Source of the DNA: an uncultured Alphaproteobacteria bacterium | Lineage (GTDB): Bacteria > Pseudomonadota > Alphaproteobacteria > Rs-D84 | Length of the DNA stretch: 48,414 nucleotides | Assembly (NCBI GenBank): GCA_905234465.1 | Contig: CAJOHU010000002.1 | Coordinates: 1 to 48,414 of the forward strand | Direction of reading: 5' to 3' | Shown here: positions 23,612 to 33,114 of the stretch, one piece after another | How the letters are laid out: the number at the start of each line of letters is the position of its first letter | How positions within the stretch are numbered: the first letter of the stretch is position 1 | Program-made: the position numbers and the translations under genes | The notes under the pieces: model-generated | The model's input: only the letters and a program-made list of their open reading frames with translations | Told to the model about the DNA's origin: nothing | The model's database searches: none

Positions 23612-25822
23612 ATGAGCAAACAATCTAAATTTTTACCAGACAGTATGTCAGGCGCATTAAAGGCTATGGTTGGCAAATTAATGGGGGTCGGAATTTGCCT
23701 GATTGTGACGTGGGCGATATTCGCACTGGTTTTCCATAATCCGTATTTGAATGGGGTTGCAAGTGCCAGTAATTTAGGCGCTCAATCTGTAATGGGAAAT
23801 GTGGTTGGTTTCTTGCGATACGCGATTGGTTTTGTGCCGGCATTATTTTTATTACTGTGTTTGGGACGATATGGTTTGACTCTGTTGATTTCTGCGGATT
23901 GCGATTCAACCCCCGAATACAATATATTGCGAGGTTTTATAGGTTTGTGTTTGGGGTCAGCGGGGTTTGGCATGATTGCGCCAAATTCAACATTTGGTGG
24001 TATGGTGGGTGCCATCGCATCAGCAGATGTGCATGGAACGATTGGCGGATTCAGTATATTGGTTGGCGCATTATGCTTAATCGGTTTTTTTATAATTGCG
24101 GGCATACTGTTGCATATAAGCGTTGGCGACATAATTCGTATTTTACGGACGGTTTGGCATATAATTCGCTATGTATTAACAGCTTTCCATTTGATGCGCG
24201 CGCCTGATTACGAAGAAGATGAAGAAGTTGAAGAATCAGAAGAAGAAACCGAAGACGAAGAAGAAGAAAAACCTAAACCGCGGCGTAAACCCGCACGTCG
24301 GCGCAATGCGGTACAAAGCACAGACGCGATTGAATACGAATTACCTGACCCAGAATTTTTGGAAAAATCTAATTTTGGAAAAAGTATCGTCACACCTGAA
24401 TTAAAACAAAACGCCCGCGCAATGGAAATACATTTTTCTGAATACGGTGTTAACGGACATGTGACCGGCATAAGACCGGGACCCATTGTCACCCTGTATG
24501 AATTTATGCCAGACAGTGGTACGCGTATGGTTGATGTTAATAAAACTGTCAAAGATATGACGCGCGCAATGGCAACAGAAAATATCCGCATTGCGCACAT
24601 CCCGTCAACCCAATTAATTGGTGTTGAAATGGTGAACCTTAATCGCCAGACTGTACGATTCCAAGGTTTGGTTGCAAATGACGCGTTTGTAAATTCTAAG
24701 TACAAGATACCGTTGGCATTGGGGGTGGACATTGGCGGCAACCCAATGTATTTTGATTTGGCAAAAATGCCGCACGTGTTGATTGCAGGCCGCACAGGTT
24801 CGGGTAAATCTGTGTTCGTTCAATCTATTATTCTTTCGGTCTTGTATCATTTTACGCCAGACAAATGCAAATTAATGATTATTGACCCCAAGGGTGTGGA
24901 CTTTGGATTTTGGGATGACATTCCGCACTTAATTACGCCTATTATCAAACTGGACCCGAATGCGGCAGTTAACGCATTAAAATGGTCTGTTCAAGAAATG
25001 GAATTGCGATACAAACGCTTGTTAGATTTTGGCGTTCAGAATATAGAAGCATATAACCAGGCTGTGGCGGCTAAGCGTGCGGCGGGTGAAGTTGTGACAA
25101 AACAGGTTGCAGTTGGCACAGACCCAGAAACAGGCGAATTAGAATTTGAAACCCAAACGGTTGATTTGTCTGATATGCCGTATATGGTTATCGTTATTGA
25201 CGAGGTTGCCGACCTTATGGGTGTCGCCCGCAAAGAAGTAGAAGCATGTGTTCAACGTTTGGCACAAAAGGCGCGTGCGGCGGGCATCCACCTTGTTATG
25301 GCAACCCAACGTCCAGACGCGACCACAATTACCGGTGTTATCAAGGCGAATTTCCCAACGCGTATTTCTTTCCAGGCACGCAGTAATATTGACAGTATGA
25401 CAACACTTGGCGAAAAAGGCGCAGAAAACCTGTTGTCATGTGGCGACATGTTGTTCAGTGAGGCGGGGCGTGTGCCGGTGCGTATACATGGTGCATTTAT
25501 AGAACCCGCAGAAATGACACGGGTAGCAGATTTCTTGCGCGCCCAAGGCGAACCAGAATATGTTGCGGGTGTCATTGATGGCGACAGCCCAGATGGCGGT
25601 GGCGCCCAAATACCAGGAATGCCATCATCGGGCGGGGATAAAGATGCGGACCTTTACGCCCAGGCAAAAGAATATGTATTGCGCGACAAAAAACCGACCA
25701 TTTCTTATATTCAACGCCGTTTAAGTGTTGGGTATAACAAGGCGGCAGGATTCATGGAACGCATGGAACAAGAAGGCATAGTAAGCGCACCAGATCCGAA
25801 CGGAAAACGACACATATTATAA
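23612..25822 (+). CDS. ftsK: DNA translocase FtsK
   Basis: N-terminal TM segments, then an acidic/basic linker. Walker A GRTGSGKS, Walker B VIVIDEVADL, and gamma domain YIQRRLSVGYNKAAGFMERME. Confidence 0.93.
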   Translation: MSKQSKFLPDSMSGALKAMVGKLMGVGICLIVTWAIFALVFHNPYLNGVASASNLGAQSVMGNVVGFLRYAIGFVPALFLLLCLGRYGLTLLISADCDSTPEYNILRGFIGLCLGSAGFGMIAPNSTFGGMVGAIASADVHGTIGGFSILVGALCLIGFFIIAGILLHISVGDIIRILRTVWHIIRYVLTAFHLMRAPDYEEDEEVEESEEETEDEEEEKPKPRRKPARRRNAVQSTDAIEYELPDPEFLEKSNFGKSIVTPELKQNARAMEIHFSEYGVNGHVTGIRPGPIVTLYEFMPDSGTRMVDVNKTVKDMTRAMATENIRIAHIPSTQLIGVEMVNLNRQTVRFQGLVANDAFVNSKYKIPLALGVDIGGNPMYFDLAKMPHVLIAGRTGSGKSVFVQSIILSVLYHFTPDKCKLMIIDPKGVDFGFWDDIPHLITPIIKLDPNAAVNALKWSVQEMELRYKRLLDFGVQNIEAYNQAVAAKRAAGEVVTKQVAVGTDPETGELEFETQTVDLSDMPYMVIVIDEVADLMGVARKEVEACVQRLAQKARAAGIHLVMATQRPDATTITGVIKANFPTRISFQARSNIDSMTTLGEKGAENLLSCGDMLFSEAGRVPVRIHGAFIEPAEMTRVADFLRAQGEPEYVAGVIDGDSPDGGGAQIPGMPSSGGDKDADLYAQAKEYVLRDKKPTISYIQRRLSVGYNKAAGFMERMEQEGIVSAPDPNGKRHIL

Positions 25823-25832
25823 TAGTTTAATA

Positions 25833-27572
25833 TTATCTTTCAAACCATGTGTCCATTTCATTTAACGGAATAAATTTATATACAGGTCGCCCGTGATTAC
25901 ATTCACCGCCACGTTCGGTATTTTCTATTTCACGCAACAACGCATCCATCTGCGCCATATCCAATTTTTGCCCTGCCCGCACAGAATGATGGCATGCATA
26001 ATTCGCCAATTTTAAATGCAATCGTTCACCCAATTCACTGGAATGACCATATGCCCGAACTTCATCTGCGATATCGTGTAAAACATTTGCCCAATTCATA
26101 TCCCAATCAGCAGGCTTTTCAAAAATAGCGATTGCATCTTCGCCGAATGCGTCCAGTCCCAATCCGCATGCCCGAATTTCTTTTGATATAGATAAAACAG
26201 CCGTCACATCTTCGGTGCGCATCTGAACAATAATCGGGGTCAACAATGGTTGAACCTTAATCGTACCATGACGCATTTTTTCATATGTTATGCGTTCATG
26301 TGCGGCGTGTTGGTCAACAACAACCAGACTTGTTTCCGTTGCCGCCAATATATATTTGTTTGCAATTTGACCAATAACACGTCCCAATGGTCTTGATTCA
26401 AAAATATTTTCTGCGGGGGTAATATTCTGAACATTTGGTTGTGCATTGTTGGGACGAACAAAATCAGGATTCGGCACAGATGAAATATTACTTTGGCGTG
26501 ATGGCTGATGAAAATATTGCGTACCATGCGACATACCCACATTTGTATTCGTCACAATCGGTCCACGAAAAGACATTTTGTTTTCGTCCGCGGGCTGAAC
26601 CATAGTTTGTGCCAACACATCGCGCAGACTTTTTATAATGAACGCACGCACATGATTCGGTTCCAAGAAATGAACATCTGTTTTGGTTGGTGACACATTA
26701 ACATCAACCGCCCCCGCCGGCAAAGTCAGATATAATGCGCACAGTGGAAATTCGCGCGCATGCATAACATCCATGTACGCCGCCCGCAACGCACCGACCA
26801 ATACTTTATCTTTGACCGGTCTGCCATTTACAAATAAAAATTGGTCAACAGATGATGCGCGCCGCAGCACCGGGTCAGAAATATAACCAGATAATTTCAT
26901 TCCGCCTGTTGCCCCTGATTGCGAATCAACGGCATGCATACGCCCGCGCACATCTTCACCCATAACGGCGATTATGCGTTCCATTAATGGTTGATTTTTT
27001 GGAAACCGCCATTTGTTATTAAGAACGAATCCGACATCGGTACGCGCCATCGCAAGGCGTTTGACAACATCCAATACCGACATCAATTCTGCCCTGTCGC
27101 CACGCAAGAATTTTAAACGCGCCGGTGTTTTTGCAAACAAATTCTGAACACGAACACGTGTCCCCGATTGCCAATCAGACGGCATTATTTCGCCCGTATT
27201 ACAATCCAATCGCCAACCATTTGAATCCACACCATTACATGTATCTATGGTCATATCAGACACAGACGCGATTGACGGTAATGCTTCGCCACGGAACCCC
27301 ATAAAATTTATATTCATTAAATCATCATTGGGCAATTTAGATGTCGCGTGTCGCATAACAGATTGTGCCAAATCTGCGCGCGACATTCCCGAACCGTTAT
27401 CAACAATGTTTATCAGTGTTCGCCCACCATCCGCCACATCAACAATTATTTGGTCTGCGCCCGCGTCCAGTGCATTTTCAATGGTTTCTTTGACGACACT
27501 GGCACCATTTTCCACAACTTCACCGGCGGCGATTTGGTTTATTAAATAATCAGGCAACAAACGAATTGACAA
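25833..27572 (-). CDS. mutL: DNA mismatch repair protein MutL
   Basis: Motifs NQIAAGEVVENGASVVKETIENALDAG and DNGSGM, with C-terminal QHAAHERI and CNHGRP. The start is a TTG, 8 nt after the greA stop. Confidence 0.9.
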   Translation of the reverse strand: MSIRLLPDYLINQIAAGEVVENGASVVKETIENALDAGADQIIVDVADGGRTLINIVDNGSGMSRADLAQSVMRHATSKLPNDDLMNINFMGFRGEALPSIASVSDMTIDTCNGVDSNGWRLDCNTGEIMPSDWQSGTRVRVQNLFAKTPARLKFLRGDRAELMSVLDVVKRLAMARTDVGFVLNNKWRFPKNQPLMERIIAVMGEDVRGRMHAVDSQSGATGGMKLSGYISDPVLRRASSVDQFLFVNGRPVKDKVLVGALRAAYMDVMHAREFPLCALYLTLPAGAVDVNVSPTKTDVHFLEPNHVRAFIIKSLRDVLAQTMVQPADENKMSFRGPIVTNTNVGMSHGTQYFHQPSRQSNISSVPNPDFVRPNNAQPNVQNITPAENIFESRPLGRVIGQIANKYILAATETSLVVVDQHAAHERITYEKMRHGTIKVQPLLTPIIVQMRTEDVTAVLSISKEIRACGLGLDAFGEDAIAIFEKPADWDMNWANVLHDIADEVRAYGHSSELGERLHLKLANYACHHSVRAGQKLDMAQMDALLREIENTERGGECNHGRPVYKFIPLNEMDTWFER

Positions 27573-27580
27573 TGTTTACC

Positions 27581-28051
27581 CTATTCTTTGAATTTTACTT
27601 CCAATATCTCGTATTCACGTTCCCCGGACGGCAACCGAACCATACATGTATCACCAACACATTTACCAATCAACGCGCGCCCAACCGGTGAAGTACAAGA
27701 TATAACCTGTTTACCATCAGATTCAACATCGGACAGTATACGACACTGCATACGGTTTCCATCTTCATCTTCGCATACAACACGCGCACCGAACACGACC
27801 CGGTCACCCGATAAAGAATCAACATCTATCACAGACGCATTGTTTATAACATTTTCAATATATTGAATGCGTTTATCAATTTGGCGCTGTTTTTCACGGG
27901 CGGCACTGTAATCAGCGTTTTCAGATAAATCGCCCAACGAACGCGCCCATTGAACAACCTTTAAAATTTCTGGGCGTTCAACTTCTTGTAATTGTTTTAA
28001 TTCTTTAACCAGGTCTTCAAATCCCTGTCTTGAAATTGGTTTTTTATCCAT
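27581..28051 (-). CDS. greA: transcription elongation factor GreA
   Basis: 156 aa. The motif GDLSENADYSAAREKQ plus a C-terminal FKBP-like domain. Confidence 0.9.
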   Translation of the reverse strand: MDKKPISRQGFEDLVKELKQLQEVERPEILKVVQWARSLGDLSENADYSAAREKQRQIDKRIQYIENVINNASVIDVDSLSGDRVVFGARVVCEDEDGNRMQCRILSDVESDGKQVISCTSPVGRALIGKCVGDTCMVRLPSGEREYEILEVKFKE

Positions 28052-28159
28052 TTTAATACTTCCTGTTTATTTCACCACGATATTATAAGTATTCATTTTA
28101 ATTTTGCAATTAGGAAATAAACAGGTTATACTTTATAGGATAAGCAACGGTAATATAAA

Positions 28160-29218
28160 ATGGCGATACCCAGAATTATATCAAGATTCTTGTTCCGCAG
28201 ATTTTTCAGCGGCGTTGGATTGGTATTACTGATTGTATGCGGAATTATTTTCGCCGTGACTTTTGTAGAACGATTGCCAAGTAATTCTGATATCTTTGCG
28301 GCATTAAGTGACGCATGGGTACGATTAATAGAATATGTCCCACTGTTCTTGCCGTTGGCGGTATTTATGGGAACATTGGTTGCATACTATACCCTTACCC
28401 GTTCAAGTGAAGGCATAATTATATCTGGCGCGGGTCTTTCGCCATATCAAATTGCACGCCCATTTTTGCTTGGCGCGTTCTTGATTGGCGTATTTGCAAC
28501 AGCAATAATTAATCCGTATTCGGTAAAACTTAGTTCACAAAACATTACAAACGACAAATTAAAATTGGTTGATAACGCGATATGGCTGCGTGAATCTTCG
28601 GACAAAGGTTATATCACACTGGTCGCAGAAAACATGAAGAAAGACGGTGAAACATTGGTGTTTTCCAAATCAACCATTTATGTTCAAAACCCAAATTTCA
28701 AATTACAAAGTCGCATTGATACAGACACCGTGACATTATCAACATCGGGGTTGCAGACAAAAAATGCAACAATATTTGATGCATCTGGAAAAACATCCAT
28801 TGGTGCGTGGAGTTCTGAAACAATGATAACACCGCAAACTGTTCTGGACCGATACCTGCAACCTGACCAAATATCATTTTGGGATTTGCCACCGTTTATA
28901 AAAAAGATGTCCCAGATTGGGGTTCCCGTACGGGGTCATTTTGTTCAATTTTGGACATTACTGTTTTTACCACTAACCATGATTGCGATGGTCACATTGG
29001 GGGTTGCTTTTTCCCAAACACGCCAACGCCGCAATCACAGTTTCGGGAAAAAATTCAGTCTTGGTATATTAACCTGTTTCGTATTGTATTTTTTATTAAA
29101 TATATTCAGTGCACTGGGGTCAAACGGAACATTACCGACATTATTGGCAATTATTGCGCCACCACTTATAATTATATCTGCATCAGGGGTATTTATTGCC
29201 GGGTTTGATACAATATAA
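28160..29218 (+). CDS. lptG: LptF/LptG-family LPS export permease
   Basis: YjgP/YjgQ topology: three N-terminal TM segments, a periplasmic beta-domain, and three C-terminal TM segments. Confidence 0.75.
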   Translation: MAIPRIISRFLFRRFFSGVGLVLLIVCGIIFAVTFVERLPSNSDIFAALSDAWVRLIEYVPLFLPLAVFMGTLVAYYTLTRSSEGIIISGAGLSPYQIARPFLLGAFLIGVFATAIINPYSVKLSSQNITNDKLKLVDNAIWLRESSDKGYITLVAENMKKDGETLVFSKSTIYVQNPNFKLQSRIDTDTVTLSTSGLQTKNATIFDASGKTSIGAWSSETMITPQTVLDRYLQPDQISFWDLPPFIKKMSQIGVPVRGHFVQFWTLLFLPLTMIAMVTLGVAFSQTRQRRNHSFGKKFSLGILTCFVLYFLLNIFSALGSNGTLPTLLAIIAPPLIIISASGVFIAGFDTI

Positions 29219-29229
29219 AGGAACACAAC

Positions 29230-29361
29230 ATGCCATTAAAAAAAAGAAACAGCAAACGCAACAAAATTATTATGTGGACACTTATCATTGTATTGCTTGT
29301 GTTAATGATAATATACTTTCCACCAACCCAAAACGTGACCGAGGTTGTTTTATACGAATAA
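29230..29361 (+). CDS. possible 43-aa single-TM protein
   Basis: MPLKKRNSKRNKIIMWTLIIVLLVLMIIYFPPTQNVTEVVLYE, translated by hand. It fills the lptG-xerD gap. There is a positive-inside N-terminus but no clear RBS. Confidence 0.35.
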   Translation: MPLKKRNSKRNKIIMWTLIIVLLVLMIIYFPPTQNVTEVVLYE

Positions 29362-29375
29362 AGCAAACAAATATA

Positions 29376-30242
29376 ATGAACTATGTTGATGTATTTTTAG
29401 AAGCCATGTCCGCCGAAAAGGGTCGCAGCCGAAACACATTGGTGGCATATGCGAACGATTTAAATCATGCGAACGAAAATATTCCAGGCGGATTATTGGG
29501 CGCCACAGAATCAGACATACAGAAATATCTTGCCGACACCGATGCATGCGCATCTTCTGTGGCACGCCGCGCCAGTGCGCTGCGCAGTTTTTATAAATTT
29601 TTAATGCTGGAAAAAATCATAAAAACTAATCCTACATCAAACATTGAATTACCAAAACGCACCAAACCGTTACCAAAATTATTAACACCCCAAGAAATTG
29701 AATTATTAATATCTTCGGCGGGGGATATACGAACATCGGTAAGATTGCGTGCAATGATAGAATTACTTTACGCATCGGGGCTGCGTGTATCAGAACTGTG
29801 CGAATTACCGATGACGGCGAACCTTGGCGACAGATTGTTGATTCACGGCAAAGGCGCCAAAGAACGTATGGTACCAGTCCATACAGCGGCACAAATCGCA
29901 TTAAAAAAATGGTTGGACATTCGCACGCCCGATGATTCTAAATACGTGTTTCCATCTAATTCTGCATCGGGACATATCACGCGCGACGGTTTTTTCAAGA
30001 TATTAAAAAAATGCGCAACACTGGCTGGAATATCGCCAAATCGTGTGACGCCACATGTATTGCGTCATTCCTTTGCTTCGCACCTGTTGGCACACGGCGC
30101 GAATCTGCGGGCGATACAAACCATGCTTGGGCACGAAGACATTTCTACGACCCAAATTTATACCCATGTATTGCCGGAAAAACTGACCCAGGTTGTTTCG
30201 GAACACCACCCACTATCTGATACCAAGGTTGATAAAAAATGA
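29376..30242 (+). CDS. xerD: tyrosine recombinase XerD
   Basis: Start at MNYVDVFLEAM (ATG 29376). Motifs RHSFASHLL and LGHEDISTTQIYTHV. Confidence 0.88.
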   Translation: MNYVDVFLEAMSAEKGRSRNTLVAYANDLNHANENIPGGLLGATESDIQKYLADTDACASSVARRASALRSFYKFLMLEKIIKTNPTSNIELPKRTKPLPKLLTPQEIELLISSAGDIRTSVRLRAMIELLYASGLRVSELCELPMTANLGDRLLIHGKGAKERMVPVHTAAQIALKKWLDIRTPDDSKYVFPSNSASGHITRDGFFKILKKCATLAGISPNRVTPHVLRHSFASHLLAHGANLRAIQTMLGHEDISTTQIYTHVLPEKLTQVVSEHHPLSDTKVDKK

Positions 30243-30730
30243 TAAAAAAATGTGACTTTCCTGGCTGTCAAAAAGCAGGCACATGTCGTGCACCCAAGAC
30301 GCGCGATTTGCGTGAATATTGGAATTTCTGTCAAGAACACGCCGCCGAATATAACAAGAATTGGAATTTCTATGCGAACATGACACCCGAAGAAATAGAA
30401 GAAGATTGGGAACGACAAACATTTGGCGAACCAATAAATAAACGCAGCGCCCAAGACAGCGCGGATTACATAAAATTCCTTAACGATTTTATAACAGGTC
30501 GCAGCACATTTGATAAAATGCCACCAAAAAAATCTATGCCTGAAAATATATTATCTGCGTTCAAAACATTGGGATTACCGATTAGCGCATCTTGGCGCGA
30601 AATTGGGGCAAAATATCGCGCACTGGCGAAAAAATACCACCCCGACACCGCAAAACAGAATGCCAATGCATCCGAATTTGCAAAAATATCGTCGGCATAC
30701 CAGACACTAAAAAAACATTTTGGCAAGTAA
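30239..30730 (+). CDS. J-domain protein with N-terminal Cys/His-rich module
   Basis: N-terminus CDFPGCQKAGTCRAP...FCQEHAAEYNKNWNF. The C-terminal J domain carries KKYHPDT. ATGA overlap with xerD. Confidence 0.75.
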   Translation: MIKKCDFPGCQKAGTCRAPKTRDLREYWNFCQEHAAEYNKNWNFYANMTPEEIEEDWERQTFGEPINKRSAQDSADYIKFLNDFITGRSTFDKMPPKKSMPENILSAFKTLGLPISASWREIGAKYRALAKKYHPDTAKQNANASEFAKISSAYQTLKKHFGK

Positions 30731-30802
30731 GAAAATTAACCAATTTTTTATGGCGAACCACACAAACTTATGATATGTTTAACCCACAAAGGATGTTATA
30801 AG

Positions 30803-31705
30803 ATGTATGATGTTATTATATTGGGCTCTGGCCCGGCGGGATTAACGGCGGCACTGTATTGTGGTCGCGCCAACAAGAACACATTGGTTATGGCGGGCGA
30901 TACATTGGGGGGCCAAGTGTCTTCAATCGCGACACTTGAAAACTATCCGGGCTGGCGTGGCAGTGGTATGGAACTTATTGAATTTATGAAGTCCCAGGCC
31001 GAATCTTTTGATGCAAAGGTAAAAATGAAAACTGTCGCGCATATTGACAATAATGCCGATGGCACATTTACTGTCACTGACACACATGGGGAAAAATACG
31101 ACACACGCACCATTATTTTGGCAACGGGCGCGTCACCACGAAAACTGGATATTGCGGGCGCGCGTGAATTTTTCGGTCGCGGCGTTTCGTACTGTGCGAC
31201 ATGTGATGGATTTTTCTTTACAGACAAAACCGTATTGGTTATTGGCGGCGGTAATTCTGCGCTAAATGACGCACTGTATTTGGCGGACATTGCCAAGACG
31301 GTAAAAATTATTTATCGCAAATCATCATTCACCCGTGCCGAAGCGATACTGCGTGACCGCGTTGCGGCAAAGAAAAACATTGAATGCATATTCAATACAG
31401 AACTGAAAGAAATATCTGCACGGTCAAATTCTGACAGTGGCGAATTAATCGCAACCACAACAGATGGCGAACAGATTATATGCGATGGAATTTTTGTTGC
31501 CATTGGACACGAAGCAAACACAGATTATTTGACCGAAGATATTAAACGTGACGATATGGGACGTATCGCACCTGAATCGTTGCCGGCGGGAATGTTTGTT
31601 GCGGGCGATGTTCATTCAGACATAAAAATGCAGGTTGCAACCGCGGTTGGTACTGGATGCACGGCGGCAATGGATGCGATTGCTTATTTAAATAAAAACG
31701 CATAA
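30803..31705 (+). CDS. trxB: thioredoxin-disulfide reductase
   Basis: Start at MYDVIILGSGPAG (ATG 30803, RBS AAAGGA). Motifs CATCDG and GGGNSA. Confidence 0.9.
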   Translation: MYDVIILGSGPAGLTAALYCGRANKNTLVMAGDTLGGQVSSIATLENYPGWRGSGMELIEFMKSQAESFDAKVKMKTVAHIDNNADGTFTVTDTHGEKYDTRTIILATGASPRKLDIAGAREFFGRGVSYCATCDGFFFTDKTVLVIGGGNSALNDALYLADIAKTVKIIYRKSSFTRAEAILRDRVAAKKNIECIFNTELKEISARSNSDSGELIATTTDGEQIICDGIFVAIGHEANTDYLTEDIKRDDMGRIAPESLPAGMFVAGDVHSDIKMQVATAVGTGCTAAMDAIAYLNKNA

Positions 31706-31723
31706 TGTAAAAAAGGAATCAAT

Positions 31724-33004
31724 ATGTTGGATATAAAATTCATTCGCGAAAATCCAGACACCGTAAAAAACGCATGTCGGACAAAAAATTTTCCAGATGT
31801 GGTTGATGATATTTTGTCTTTGGATGTGCGTGTACGCGAACTGAAAACGATTACGCAGACCAAAACCGCCGAAAAGAACAAAATTTCACGCGAAATCCCA
31901 ACCGCCACAGACAAGGCACCGTTGATAACAAAATCAAAACAAATCAGTGATGAAATCGCGGCTGATTTGGCGGAATTAACCGATAAAGAAGCATTGTTAA
32001 ATGATTTACTGCACCGCGTTCCCCAGATTCCAGACGCATCGGCACCGGTTGGCGCGGATGATTCTGCAAACATTGAAATTCGTCGTGTTGGCACACCGCG
32101 CAATTTTGATTTTACCCCACGTCCACAATGGGAACTATTAGAAATGAATGGTTGGTGGATGCCGGAAAAAATCGCGGGTATTTGTGGCACGCGCGTCTAT
32201 GCATTGGCGGGCGAATTGGCGGAATTATCTTTGGCGATACAAACCTATGTTATTCAAAAGTTGATTAGCAAAGGTTTCAAATACATTGAATGTCCTTCTA
32301 TATCCAAACCGCAAACAATATTCAATGCAGGACATTTTATGGGTTCTGATTTATCTGTTATGAATAATGATGTATTTATGTTGACCGACACAGACCGCTG
32401 TTTAACAGGCACGGCGGAAATAGTGTTAAATTCATTGCATTCGGATGAAATTTTATCTGAAAACGAATTACCAATAAAATACGCTGGATTTTCGCCATGT
32501 TTTCGCAAAGAAGCCGGTGCCGCCGGACGCGACACCCGCGGAATTGTCCGTGTTCATCAGTTTAATAAGGTTGAACAATATGTTTTCTGCAAACCAGAAC
32601 AAAGCGACGAGATGCACGAACATCTGTTAAGCAACCTGTGCGAAGTTATGGAAGATTTGGAATTACCGTATCGTGTAATCGCGAACAGTACTGGCGACAT
32701 GGGATTTAACAAAGTTAAAATGAACGATGTTGAAGCATGGTTTCCATCGGAAAACGCATACCGCGAATTAGGTTCTTGTTCGTCTATTGGTCAATTTCAG
32801 GCGCGCCGCACAAATACACGCTATCGCGAAAATGCGACAGGCGAAGTAAAATTTGTTGCGACATTGAATAATACCGGCATCGCCCTGCCACGTGCATTGG
32901 TACCAGTAATTGAAAACCACCAAAACGCAGACGGTTCGGTGAACATTCCAAAAAAACTGCAACCTTTGATGGGTGGCAGAACCAAGATTGGTGGTAAACA
33001 CTAA
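31724..33004 (+). CDS. serS: serine--tRNA ligase
   Basis: N-terminal coiled-coil arm. Class II motifs FSPCFRKEAGAAGRDTRGIVRVHQFNKVE and TLNNTGIALPRALVPVIENHQ. Confidence 0.93.
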   Translation: MLDIKFIRENPDTVKNACRTKNFPDVVDDILSLDVRVRELKTITQTKTAEKNKISREIPTATDKAPLITKSKQISDEIAADLAELTDKEALLNDLLHRVPQIPDASAPVGADDSANIEIRRVGTPRNFDFTPRPQWELLEMNGWWMPEKIAGICGTRVYALAGELAELSLAIQTYVIQKLISKGFKYIECPSISKPQTIFNAGHFMGSDLSVMNNDVFMLTDTDRCLTGTAEIVLNSLHSDEILSENELPIKYAGFSPCFRKEAGAAGRDTRGIVRVHQFNKVEQYVFCKPEQSDEMHEHLLSNLCEVMEDLELPYRVIANSTGDMGFNKVKMNDVEAWFPSENAYRELGSCSSIGQFQARRTNTRYRENATGEVKFVATLNNTGIALPRALVPVIENHQNADGSVNIPKKLQPLMGGRTKIGGKH

Positions 33005-33010
33005 AATAAA

Positions 33011-33040
33011 ATAACCGCCCAATCGGGCGGTTATTTATAT
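33011..33040 (+). terminator. intrinsic terminator after serS
   Basis: ATAACCGCCC-AATC-GGGCGGTTAT followed by a T-rich tail. Confidence 0.8.
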
Positions 33041-33114
33041 AAATTTGTATATTTTGTTGAAAATCAGAAAAATTAGTGTACCCTGTACGCTTAGGGCAAA
33101 AAAGGGCTAAATGT

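Noticed and set aside
24190-24310. Highly repetitive gaagaa/aaaccg stretch in ftsK
   Set aside because: It encodes the acidic then basic low-complexity linker (DYEEDEEVEESEEETEDEEEEKPKPRRKPARRRN) typical of FtsK linkers. It is not an independent repeat element.
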